Positions 9,615 to 18,712 of a stretch of 64,000 nucleotides of DNA are shown here, one piece after another (position 1 is the first letter of the stretch; each line of letters opens with the position of its first letter). This stretch comes from a virus (taxonomy: Duplodnaviria > Heunggongvirae > Uroviricota > Caudoviricetes), in the IMG/VR virus record IMGVR_UViG_3300029543_000199; one strand, given 5' to 3'. Both the position numbers and the translations under genes were made by a program. Below the pieces are notes generated by a model. That model was given only the letters and a program-made list of their open reading frames with translations. It made no database searches and was not told the origin of the DNA.

Positions 9615-10806
9615 GCAGTGTTCTCATTCTTCTGCTCGGTATGTATAAATATATCTCATCGCCATCACGAATTGCAGATCGCCATATCCACTGAACCATA
9701 ATAGACAGTGCGTACATGTCATTATCTGCTTCGATGCCATGTTTATGATAGAATGTCTTCTCACCAACATTCATAAATAGGTTGACCAAGTAAATCATGT
9801 AATGCCGGTTCCTGTATTGGTTCGTAGCTTTCATATTGAATCGCAGAAATGATTTCGTATATCCCTTTCCGCTAATCTTGCTCCGGCAGTCATTGAATGT
9901 TCCCCACATCTTTTCTGATGCTGGCATATCCCTCCAGATATTATTGATGCAATTATTGACATTATTCCTCAACTTCGTTACTAAGTCATCGTCTTTTTCA
10001 AACCAGCTCATTGATAATGCATGGTAGCTATCCCCGATGCTATTTAGTTTCTCATTATCCAGAATGTGAATCATTTCTTTAAGATGACTTACATACTCCG
10101 GCGTATAGCCTGGATACTCACAGAAACTATATTCGCCATCAGCATCCTTATGGATACCTATGTATTGATATGGGAGCTGATACATCTCCAAAAAATGATG
10201 CAGTGATTGCCCCTCAAATAGATAGGTCAATATAATTACATCCCTGAACGAAGTAATAAGTTCCGGCGGAAGCACCCAGTAGAATAGATGCGTACCAGAC
10301 GTATCGTCCATCTGAATCAGCTGTCGTACCTTTAAGAACTGTCGCAGCTCATGATATAGCCTACCATTATAATCTTCCTTGGCAAGAGAGTATGTATCTT
10401 CCTCTTTTGTAATTAGTCCAGAATCAATAGCAAGCTGCATATCGTCCGGATGAAAATCATACTTCTCAAGCACATCTACGTTCTCATCGATAATCAGACG
10501 ATACCCATACCTCTTGATGTCATCCAGCATATCTTCCGTATACATCTTAAATGCCTGATGCGTGGTAGTGATATTCTTACCCTGTTTAATCAGAGCAGCA
10601 GTATGTACTCCTTTTTTGAATTCGTACTGTTTCAGCTTATCGCTTGGTTCTATGAAGTGCATGTCCTTGCATCCATTCTTGATTCGCTCAGCTTCTTCCA
10701 AGTACGGTGTTATGTATATGAACTTTTCATTTCGATGCTCATTCATATACGTGATAGCAGCACTGGACTTCCCAGTACCCATGATCGCATCACAAACTTG
10801 GATCAT
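9559..10806 (-). CDS. P-loop NTPase, function unknown
   Basis: Walker A AIMGTGKSS; Walker B LIIDENVD; first gene of the minus-strand block. Confidence 0.55.
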   Translation of the reverse strand: MIQVCDAIMGTGKSSAAITYMNEHRNEKFIYITPYLEEAERIKNGCKDMHFIEPSDKLKQYEFKKGVHTAALIKQGKNITTTHQAFKMYTEDMLDDIKRYGYRLIIDENVDVLEKYDFHPDDMQLAIDSGLITKEEDTYSLAKEDYNGRLYHELRQFLKVRQLIQMDDTSGTHLFYWVLPPELITSFRDVIILTYLFEGQSLHHFLEMYQLPYQYIGIHKDADGEYSFCEYPGYTPEYVSHLKEMIHILDNEKLNSIGDSYHALSMSWFEKDDDLVTKLRNNVNNCINNIWRDMPASEKMWGTFNDCRSKISGKGYTKSFLRFNMKATNQYRNRHYMIYLVNLFMNVGEKTFYHKHGIEADNDMYALSIMVQWIWRSAIRDGDEIYLYIPSRRMRTLLENWIETASKGGNTINEA

Positions 10807-11402
10807 TTTAAACCTCCCTTTTACACCTTTTATTTGCCATTTTACAACTTAAAAGTTGTAGAATTTTTTGTAATCTGCTGACGCTCAGTAAGTTACAGGT
10901 GTGTTCATAATAACTAAAGAAAAGAAAAACACCATCTTTGCTTTTGATACAACAGCTACATGATAGAGCGTTAAATACAAAGCAGATTCAACATTGTAAA
11001 TAATATAATTAGCATTATAATCCAAAAAGAAAAATCTGCAATGGAAACAAGCAGATTATTTATTTAGCATAATTATTATAACATTGTATGCAAGAAAAGT
11101 CAATATGCAAATAATATAATTAGCATGAATTTTGCAAGTAAATAATTTGCAGGATCGGGCTCGCTGGTTACCGTCTTTTCTTATTGGATAGCTATCTATT
11201 GATTTAAAAAGGAGCATAAGAAAATCCAATAACCAGCGGTGAGCCTTTGTGAAAGAAGGCTGATTTTGGAGGTTTGAGCTGTATGTGGGAGATGAAGCGA
11301 CTTCCTTATAGTATAATCTGACAGCAGACAAAAATACCATAACCACCGCCCCTATGTGATATAGTGGGAAAAGGGAACATAGATATATAGCATTGTAAAA
11401 AG

Positions 11403-11423
11403 TTTTCCCCGTGGGTTACGGTT
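11403..11423 (+). promoter_or_regulatory. 20-nt box TTTTCCCCGTGGGTTACGGTT, the same box as in the tandem repeats at 12801-12974
   Basis: Exact match to the core of each 58-bp repeat unit; lies in the promoter region of the 11553 gene. Confidence 0.6.
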
Positions 11424-11446
11424 AGAAAATGAAACGTTATAGAATT

Positions 11447-11480
11447 AGCTTGACATCTATAACAATTCATGTTATGTTAT
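11447..11480 (+). promoter_or_regulatory. Sigma70-like promoter candidate (TTGACA - 17 nt - TATGTT)
   Basis: TTGACATCTATAACAATTCATGTTATGTTAT about 70 nt upstream of the ATG at 11553. Confidence 0.35.
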
Positions 11481-11552
11481 AGTTCCAAGATATATTTTTA
11501 TATCTTACAACAACCACATAACAACCAATTCAAAGAAAAGGAGAAAAGCGAC

Positions 11553-12728
11553 ATGACAAAACAGCAGACAGCCAAAACAACCACAACAGAAACAAGAAAC
11601 TTTACAGACCTTTTAAGACAGTACGAAAAGGAATACAACAACGACAAAACAAGCGTTGCATTTTCTAATGTATTGGACGAACTAGCAACAGCGGTTGCAT
11701 ACTCTGTTATTAAAAAGTGTCTTGACCCACAACGAAAAGGACGCAAGGACGGACAAGTTAGCAACAGCGGTTGCAATACTCAACTTGACGAAGTGAAAAG
11801 AAGTATCTACAGAGACAAGAACACACTAGCAAACATTGACTACAGTTGCAAACAAGCGTTCGTAACAGTGTATAACGAAGATGGAGACAGACAGACCAAA
11901 ACGAAAGACAGTGATTACAGATATGCTTACAACAAACTGTCACAGCAGACACTGGGGGACGGTCTCGACATTGTACACGTTGCAATGGTTGCACTATTGG
12001 ACGAAAGCGAAAAGGCAGACCGCACGAAAGAAAACTTTCTTGAAAATACATACAATGTTAGACGTTTAAAGAAAAAAATATGGATTAAGTCGGAGGGTTC
12101 TGCAAACGGTTGGGAAACGGTGGAAACTTCACCGATTAAAGAAGTTTATAAGGCGGTTCGGAGAGAAGTAGCAAACAATCGTTCCTTAAATATTGACCCG
12201 TCAAACGGTTATTTGTATCTCGAAGACCTTGCAACGGATGAAGAAAGCAACGAAGAAACAACTATTTACAGACGTTTAAATAAGTTTAGCGACCTTGCCG
12301 GAAACGTGACAGACTTTAATGGTGCTGTCAAATTTGAAACGGTGGACGCTAACAGCGTGACCGATTATGATACAATGGTTGAAAAATTAGAGTTGACAGC
12401 AAGACAAGCAAAAATTTTAGAGTTGAGAATGGGCGGTTATGGTTATGTCGCTATTGCAACTTATTTAGGCGTTAATGAGAAAAGCGTTAGGGACGTATTG
12501 AAAACAGTACAGAAAAAAGCGATTGAAAAACTAAATTTACCTGAATACCTTGTAAAAGCATTGACAGAGACAAAACAGCAGACAGCAAAAAACAAATTGA
12601 CAGATGAAGACAAGAAAACAATAGAACTTTTGTTTGCAGATGGTCATTCTATGAAATTTATTGCAGACCGTTTCAACGTGTCAAAAATGACAGTCAGCAG
12701 GGTTATAAACGGACGAAAAGATAGATAA
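11553..12728 (+). CDS. HTH transcription regulator, sigma-factor-like (region-4-like HTH plus a second C-terminal HTH)
   Basis: Start taken at the internal ATG 11553 (AAAGGAGAAAAGCGACATG). LTARQAKILELRMGGYGYVAIATYLGVNEKSVRDVLKTVQKKAIEKL and DGHSMKFIADRFNVSKMTVSRV. Confidence 0.55.
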   Translation: MTKQQTAKTTTTETRNFTDLLRQYEKEYNNDKTSVAFSNVLDELATAVAYSVIKKCLDPQRKGRKDGQVSNSGCNTQLDEVKRSIYRDKNTLANIDYSCKQAFVTVYNEDGDRQTKTKDSDYRYAYNKLSQQTLGDGLDIVHVAMVALLDESEKADRTKENFLENTYNVRRLKKKIWIKSEGSANGWETVETSPIKEVYKAVRREVANNRSLNIDPSNGYLYLEDLATDEESNEETTIYRRLNKFSDLAGNVTDFNGAVKFETVDANSVTDYDTMVEKLELTARQAKILELRMGGYGYVAIATYLGVNEKSVRDVLKTVQKKAIEKLNLPEYLVKALTETKQQTAKNKLTDEDKKTIELLFADGHSMKFIADRFNVSKMTVSRVINGRKDR

Positions 12729-12742
12729 TAATAAAGCATTTA

Positions 12743-12770
12743 GGGCGGTTATTGTACCGCCCTTTTTCTT
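12743..12770 (+). terminator. Rho-independent terminator
   Basis: GGGCGG-TTATTGTA-CCGCCC followed by TTTTTCTTTT. Confidence 0.6.
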
Positions 12771-12800
12771 TTGGATAACGTCCAAAAAGTAACCCACGAA

Positions 12801-12974
12801 CACAACAGGCAACCACTCAACAGGGTTTCCCCGTGGGTTACGGTTGTAAGTGTGGGAACACAACAGGCAACCACTCAACAGGGTTTCCCCGTGGGTTACG
12901 GTTGTAAGTGTGGGAACACAACAGGCAACCACTCAACAGGGTTTCCCCGTGGGTTACGGTTGTAAGTGTGGGAA
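12801..12974 (+). repeat. Three perfect 58-bp tandem direct repeats (CACAACAGGCAACCACTCAACAGGGTTTCCCCGTGGGTTACGGTTGTAAGTGTGGGAA)
   Basis: Unit starts at 12801, 12859 and 12917. Each contains the palindromic core GTAACCCAC/GTGGGTTAC. Confidence 0.85.
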
Positions 12975-13929
12975 CACGAAAAGACAGAGCGAAAAAGCTG
13001 AGAATCCAGAGAGTTCGCCTATGTCAGATGCGCGGTATATAAATATAATCTGACATAGTATACAAACCGCCATATAATGCAAGATACGGAACGGATGAGC
13101 ATGGGCGCTCTATAAAGGTAAATCCGTTGGTTAATTGATACGAAAATCCTTGCTAATAAGTTCTTAACGAAGAGTCTCTCTATTGAGGGGCTTTTCTTTA
13201 TGGGCTTATGTCCATACAACTGTGAGGTCTACCTACTCGCAGGTAATAAGTGCATATATCGGATCTCTTATGAGGTATCGTGAGGGCTACCTGCGTGATA
13301 GGAAATAAGTGAACTATATCAGTTGAAGCGTTCAATATGGGAAGTCTGGCAAAAGGACGCTATATAAAGAGTTTCAGCAGAGCCGACCTACTGACGGCTT
13401 TAGAATATCAGCAAAACTCTCCGGTCATCGTGGATTCCTTTGACCGATTTGAGGGAGTACATCTGCTATCAGGTGCGTCGCTGGTGCATGAGAGTTAGGC
13501 TCATGGTATCGAGATAGTGAAAATCCCCAGAGTTAGGCAGAGTTAGATGTGAAACATATGCCGCATTGTCCTGAGTGCGTCAACATGAGGGATAGCTTGA
13601 AAATCTATTGATGATTTCCAATCGTGATGGTATCAGTACCCGAGGGTACATCGACTATATTCCAAGGAATTAAATGTCGGACTATCGCAGGAAATTTGAT
13701 ACAGACAGAGTATAGCGAAACAAAATGAATATTGAACGGAACCGCTGGCATTGGCGAAAAGTTCCAGACAAATGCGCATCAGCAGAAGTCCATACGATGC
13801 CGGATATGTCGGCGGTTCTGATAAACCTATATTGAGCGTCCGAGGTTGTGTGTATCACATGGTTTCGGGCGTTCTCTTATGGGTTTATCCCATTGAAACT
13901 AAAAAGAGCATCCAGAGAGGAGAATCGTT
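12975..13929. ncRNA. Candidate large structured noncoding RNA or origin region
   Basis: ~950 nt without an ORF longer than 66 codons in any frame. Looks GC-richer than its surroundings. Internal repeats (TCTTTATGGGCTTATGTCCAT / TCTTATGGGTTTATCCCAT; GAGTTAGGC x3) and many short hairpins. Confidence 0.3.
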
Positions 13930-14679
13930 ATGGCAGAAGCAAAAGTAAAAAGAACGAAAGCCGAATTGCGTGAGGCTGTTGAGGCATTATGCAAACAATA
14001 CAATGAAAACATTCAGGAAGGAAATTTCCAGGAATCAACAAAGCTGAACGATGAAATCGAGCAGACAGTGAATGAATATACATCTATCGCTCGTGAAGAG
14101 TGTTTTGATGCACTCAAAGCAACTGAAAATCCTATGCTTGAGGCTGTGAAACAGCTGACATTCCCGACTATCCGAGCAAAAGACACAAAACAGGGTGATG
14201 AGAAAATCCCGGTTAGGGTAATTGAGGATATTGAGAAACCTATCGACCTGCTGAAATTACATAAAGCCGTTGATGGCGGTATCGGAGCGGATAAAAACTG
14301 GGCTTATAAGGTGGAGAAATTAAACTTCCTGCTGACTGCACAGAAAGCCAAGGATTTGGGTATTGATCCGAAAGAGGTTAATGACTCTTTCGCTATGGCG
14401 GATATTTCAAAGCAGATTGATATGGGGAAAAACCCGACATCAAAGACAAACCTGCTGAAAACCGTCAACGCTGTAGTCCAGGCTATGATTGGCGAGGAAT
14501 ATAAGGCGGTATCACACGATGTGAACTTCCTGATGTCTGTATTTTCACGGAAAAACAGAGCGGCTCTGACGGTATCCTGTGCAAATCACAAGTATCTGAG
14601 ACAGTACATGGCTGAGATTTGTCATCGTATCGTGATGGGCGAAACATACAAGATTGAGTTCCGAAAGGTTCGCAAATAA
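13930..14679 (+). CDS. Hypothetical protein
   Basis: 249-aa ORF with RBS; first long ORF after the noncoding region. Confidence 0.6.
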   Translation: MAEAKVKRTKAELREAVEALCKQYNENIQEGNFQESTKLNDEIEQTVNEYTSIAREECFDALKATENPMLEAVKQLTFPTIRAKDTKQGDEKIPVRVIEDIEKPIDLLKLHKAVDGGIGADKNWAYKVEKLNFLLTAQKAKDLGIDPKEVNDSFAMADISKQIDMGKNPTSKTNLLKTVNAVVQAMIGEEYKAVSHDVNFLMSVFSRKNRAALTVSCANHKYLRQYMAEICHRIVMGETYKIEFRKVRK

Positions 14680-14788
14680 TCTGCGGAATTTCCCACACTG
14701 ATGAGCCGGGAACGGCGAAACCGTCGGGTATCCGGCGGTCTGTGGGTATTACAAACACATAGCGAAAGCCGTATGGCAAAAGCGGAAA

Positions 14789-15226
14789 GTGAGGAAATCT
14801 ATGACATTTGAAGAAATGCGGGTATACATGACCCGTTCAGAGGGAAATTGTTGGGTAGGAGTGGGCATGGCTGATGGAAATATGGCTATGATTTCACGAT
14901 TTGGAAAGGAGCAGGAATTTATCTGCGACTATGACGGAGCATCTCTCGGTGACGAGATGGAAACTGAGGATATTGACAAGGCTTTGAGATGGTTATGGAA
15001 TCGCAAGGCAAGTAAAGGCGGTATGAGTTTCTTGGTATTTCGCCACAGGGTTGAGGAAATGGTCAAGAAAGCAGGTGGTGGGATTTCTGTAAACTATCGG
15101 GCTGATAGGGAAAACGGCAGGCATTTCGCAAACTGTTCTGATGGCACGAGGATTATTGGAAGTACCAGCAGTTTAAAGGTATCTGTTAGATGGGGTTCCG
15201 GTCATGCAGCTGTAGCAGAGTTATAG
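14789..15226 (+). CDS. Hypothetical protein
   Basis: 145-aa ORF, RBS GGAAAGTGAGGAAATCTATG. Confidence 0.55.
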   Translation: MRKSMTFEEMRVYMTRSEGNCWVGVGMADGNMAMISRFGKEQEFICDYDGASLGDEMETEDIDKALRWLWNRKASKGGMSFLVFRHRVEEMVKKAGGGISVNYRADRENGRHFANCSDGTRIIGSTSSLKVSVRWGSGHAAVAEL

Positions 15227-15269
15227 CATGGTGGCTGAAATCAAAAGGATTATTGGATAGGAGTTAAAG

Positions 15270-15551
15270 ATGTATCACGCAGAATATGAGGAATATGACG
15301 ATATGAGTCGTGAAGAATGGCTCGAATATCGCCAGGAAAAGAAACTGGAAAAGAGAGAAGTCGAGGTTGAACGGCAAAAGAAAATGATTATGCAGAGGCT
15401 ATTGGGAATTGGAATGTTACTTATGAGTATTTTGATTTTCATTGCAGCAAGTCATGCTCAGGTTCGGGGGGACTTAGACGGGACTCCGTTGTTCATCACG
15501 GTTCCACTCGGATTGATTCTTTTGTTCTCGAAAGACTGTTGCATAGTATAG
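15270..15551 (+). CDS. Hypothetical membrane protein
   Basis: 93 aa, one hydrophobic helix LLGIGMLLMSILIFIAA. Confidence 0.5.
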   Translation: MYHAEYEEYDDMSREEWLEYRQEKKLEKREVEVERQKKMIMQRLLGIGMLLMSILIFIAASHAQVRGDLDGTPLFITVPLGLILLFSKDCCIV

Positions 15552-15560
15552 GAGGCATTT

Positions 15561-16151
15561 ATGAAAGTATTTAGAACGTCCGAGGTGTTAGCCGGAGGGC
15601 ATTATGAGATTGGAGATGTCGTCAGCTTTTCATTGGAAGATGGTGAGGAAGTTGAAGCAGTGGCTGTAAAAGAGGAATTTGATGCACAAAATAATGCGTA
15701 CATGGTATTCATGTTTGTGGATTGCCTCAAAAAGGAATACCCAATGAATGAACGCGATACCAATGAAGGCGGATATGAGGAATCGCATCTCAGACAGAAA
15801 TTGAATACGGAAATTCTGGAAAGATTTCCGGCGGCAATGAGGCTCAGTTTGATTCCGTTCGATAATGGAGATTTACTCAGAATCCCTACGGAATATGAAA
15901 TCTTTGGGGAAAATGAATACGGAGAGCAGGAGCCTGACTGGGTAGAACAGTTTGAGTATACGAAGAAACGCCGAGGAAGAATAGCATTAGCTGGATTAAA
16001 TGGCGGTCTTCAGTATTACTGGTTACAGAATAAGCGTGTTAGGAGTGCGACTACCTTCGCTCTTGTGTCCAACAGCGGTTATGCGACCAACAGCAACGCT
16101 TCTTATTCTATTGGTGTTCGTCCGCTTTATCGTATCCGTAATTATCGGTAA
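15561..16151 (+). CDS. Hypothetical protein
   Basis: 196-aa ORF, RBS AGGAGG. Confidence 0.55.
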   Translation: MKVFRTSEVLAGGHYEIGDVVSFSLEDGEEVEAVAVKEEFDAQNNAYMVFMFVDCLKKEYPMNERDTNEGGYEESHLRQKLNTEILERFPAAMRLSLIPFDNGDLLRIPTEYEIFGENEYGEQEPDWVEQFEYTKKRRGRIALAGLNGGLQYYWLQNKRVRSATTFALVSNSGYATNSNASYSIGVRPLYRIRNYR

Positions 16152-16365
16152 TCCCGCCACCATTTATGGTGGCGATAAGCTTTGAAAACGGAGGTGTTTC
16201 TATGGAATTGACGGTTAGGTTTTTAGTAAGAGAAACAGGTGTAGTAGTTGACAAACGCTTTGATAGCTATATCGCTTGCAGGAATTTCGTGAATCGTTGC
16301 AGGCATTCAAGAAAGGTTCAGTTGATATTTTACCCTACATTCAGGGATTAAGGAGATATGGGAAT

Positions 16366-16881
16366 ATGTCAGAGAAAATGAAGAGAGACAGTAAGATTTC
16401 TTTACAAGAAAAGGTGTTTATGGTTGTAGCTGCGATTGGGATTGCAGTAGTCCTTATGTACTTTGTAAATAATCCGGTGCAGACAAATGCAAAGACTTAC
16501 ATTGTTGATACACAGGAAATCACTGTTGATTATACAGAGGCTGAGGAATTTTTCCTCAATGATTTCGAGAAAAGATATTCGGATTATGAGCTTTATGATT
16601 CCGGAGATTTGACAGCTGATATATTAGAACATCGCAACGGGAAAAGAATCATAGAGAGATGCGTGGGAATCGTAACTGATTCCGAAACATGCGACGGAAT
16701 GATTCTAAACACAGACCCAGATCATTACTACATATCATATGCGGGAATTGACGGTGTGACAGACGGAACAGTGGTCTTATCATATATGGTTTACAGTACA
16801 ACAGATAATTCTGTAGACGGAATTGAAGAACGGTATGATTACGTAGTATCCAGGGAATACGAACAGGAGGTATGGATGTGA
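16366..16881 (+). CDS. Hypothetical membrane-anchored protein
   Basis: Start moved to the ATG at 16366 (AAGGAG 10 nt upstream); TM helix VFMVVAAIGIAVVLMYF. Confidence 0.5.
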   Translation: MSEKMKRDSKISLQEKVFMVVAAIGIAVVLMYFVNNPVQTNAKTYIVDTQEITVDYTEAEEFFLNDFEKRYSDYELYDSGDLTADILEHRNGKRIIERCVGIVTDSETCDGMILNTDPDHYYISYAGIDGVTDGTVVLSYMVYSTTDNSVDGIEERYDYVVSREYEQEVWM

Positions 16882-17159
16882 TTAAGGAAGAACTTCTCGC
16901 AAAAGTTGCGAGTGACACAATGGTAAGTAGAGGGACAATCGATACGGTTGTTAATTCGTTTATCGAGAATATCGAAAAAGCATTGGTAGACGGCGATAAT
17001 GTGGTCATCAGAGGTTTCGGAGAATTCCGAAATGTAGAGAGAAAGGCGAAGGTTGCACGGAATATTAAAGCAGGAACGCCAATACATATTCCGGCACATA
17101 TCGAACCGGATTTCAAAGTCAGCGATGCTTTGAAGAAGAAATGTTACAGGGAGGTATAG
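16872..17159 (+). CDS. HU/IHF-family DNA-binding protein (second paralog)
   Basis: VVIRGFGEF...ARNIKAGTPIHIPAHIEPDFKVSDALKKK. Confidence 0.65.
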   Translation: MDVIKEELLAKVASDTMVSRGTIDTVVNSFIENIEKALVDGDNVVIRGFGEFRNVERKAKVARNIKAGTPIHIPAHIEPDFKVSDALKKKCYREV

Positions 17160-17162
17160 TTT

Positions 17163-17777
17163 ATGCAGGACATAACGATAGACTCTTCTGAGCTGTGGGA
17201 TTATTGCGAAGAAAATGAGGACGAACTCCTTACAACGCAGCATATGATAGCAGAAAATCCGGATTACGGAATGGCGGTGTGGATAACATGCATAAGCGGT
17301 TCTCCGGAAATCATCGTAGAATCAGACGATATTGAGATTTATCGAGAAGAAATTCTCAATGAAAAGGATGCTAAGAGAACAGCGGACAGGATTTATGAAG
17401 AGTATCTGAGTATAAAAGCGATCGAAACGGTAACCGAAGCTGAGGATGATGGCACGGTATATGTCGATGATGAGGACGAAGACAATCAGGTTCTCATAAA
17501 TGAAAGGGAAGATGATTTAGATGCAGCCGTTATGGAATTTGTGAATATTGTTTCAGATACAGGTTGCTACAACATAGAAGATGAAGTGCTTGATGATTTG
17601 AAAGAGCACTTCCTTGAGTATATGCACAAGACATGGGGAATCGGAATTTACCGTCCGATGTATCTTGAGGATGTAGATACAGGCGAGGAATATTTCACTG
17701 AATATCCGTATGAAGATATGGTTTTCGATGATGAAGATGATCCAGAAACAGAAATTGATGGCAAAGACAAAAAATAA
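17163..17777 (+). CDS. Hypothetical acidic protein
   Basis: 204 aa, Asp/Glu-rich. Confidence 0.5.
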   Translation: MQDITIDSSELWDYCEENEDELLTTQHMIAENPDYGMAVWITCISGSPEIIVESDDIEIYREEILNEKDAKRTADRIYEEYLSIKAIETVTEAEDDGTVYVDDEDEDNQVLINEREDDLDAAVMEFVNIVSDTGCYNIEDEVLDDLKEHFLEYMHKTWGIGIYRPMYLEDVDTGEEYFTEYPYEDMVFDDEDDPETEIDGKDKK

Positions 17778-17830
17778 CTCAAGCCGACGAACTATCGTCG
17801 GTATGCTTACTCATGCTCGGCTTCCGGGAT
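17776..17830 (+). repeat. 53-nt conserved element, copy A (AACTCAAGCCGACGAACTATCGTCGGTATGCTTACTCATGCTCGGCTTCCGGG)
   Basis: Identical to copy B at 18612-18666. Begins at a stop codon. Contains hairpin CCGACGA-ACTA-TCGTCGG and outer pairing AAGCCGA/TCGGCTT. Confidence 0.7.
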
Positions 17831-17898
17831 GCCAACCCAAGCGTAAGCGGATAACGCTAACGGAGTAAATATATCAGAGAAAAAAGGAGATAAGAATT

Positions 17899-18288
17899 AT
17901 GGCAAAAGTAAAAACAATGGGACAGGCAATCGTAGTAGTATCTGAGGTAAAACTTGATGACATCAAGAAGATTGAGAAGTATCGTCCGGAAGCACTGGTT
18001 CTTAAAGGTGGCGAAGATGGTAAAGAGGAAATCTTCAGAATTGGTACAGGAGCTGGAAAGATCAATACATACGGAGCAAGCTTCGGCGAGGCAACCCGTG
18101 ATGATGAGAAGCTGGCTACTATCACAATGACAACAAACTACGACGGAGATGACATTAAAGGATTCATCGCTGATGAGCTTGGTGCAGCTTTGACAAACCT
18201 CGGAAAACTGGAAAAAACAATCCCGGCTGTTATTGATTCTATTGACAAGGAAAGAACAGCTATCATGAATGGCATCACAGTTGCCTAA
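17899..18288 (+). CDS. Hypothetical protein, probably highly expressed
   Basis: 129 aa, strong RBS AAAAAGGAGATAAGAATTATG, own terminator downstream. Confidence 0.6.
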   Translation: MAKVKTMGQAIVVVSEVKLDDIKKIEKYRPEALVLKGGEDGKEEIFRIGTGAGKINTYGASFGEATRDDEKLATITMTTNYDGDDIKGFIADELGAALTNLGKLEKTIPAVIDSIDKERTAIMNGITVA

Positions 18289-18300
18289 TCCAGCAACTTT

Positions 18301-18330
18301 GGCTACCGCAATTAAGCGGTAGCCTTTTTA
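18301..18330 (+). terminator. Rho-independent terminator
   Basis: GGCTACCGC-AATTAA-GCGGTAGCC-TTTTT. Confidence 0.7.
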
Positions 18331-18383
18331 AAACTGAATATGGAACAAATACATATTATATAAGAAGAAAAGGAGATTTAACC

Positions 18384-18611
18384 ATGATTAAAGTTACAGT
18401 AGGAAACAACGTAAAAAGAAATAGCGTAATCGTAGATGAGGCAGTAACACTGAGATCAGTTCTTGAGGAAAACGACATTGACTACACAAGAGGAACAATG
18501 CATCTGGATGGTTCTACACTGCAGCCTGGTGATATGGACAAATCATTCGAGGAGATGGGAATCAAAGACAAATGCTTCCTGCTGAATGTAGTAAAAGCTG
18601 ACAATGCGTAA
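18384..18611 (+). CDS. Small hypothetical protein (75 aa)
   Basis: RBS AAAAGGAGATTTAACCATG; MIKVTVGNNVKRNSVIVDEAVTLRSVLEENDID... has beta-grasp-like alternation but no C-terminal GG. Confidence 0.55.
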   Translation: MIKVTVGNNVKRNSVIVDEAVTLRSVLEENDIDYTRGTMHLDGSTLQPGDMDKSFEEMGIKDKCFLLNVVKADNA

Positions 18612-18666
18612 ATAACTCAAGCCGACGAACTATCGTCGGTATGCTTACTCATGCTCGGCTTCCGGG
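18612..18666 (+). repeat. 53-nt conserved element, copy B
   Basis: Identical to 17776-17830; followed directly by the terminator. Confidence 0.7.
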
Positions 18667-18688
18667 GAGTTAATTCTCCCCGGTTTTA
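18662..18688 (+). terminator. Rho-independent terminator
   Basis: CCGGGGAG-TTAATT-CTCCCCGG-TTTT. Confidence 0.7.
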
Positions 18689-18712
18689 AAAGTAAATAAC
18701 GGAGGCGTCACG

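Noticed and set aside
12801-12974. Possible CRISPR array (regular repeats)
   Set aside because: The three 58-bp units are contiguous and identical with no intervening unique spacers. There are no cas genes. Better explained as iterons or operators sharing the box found at 11403-11423.
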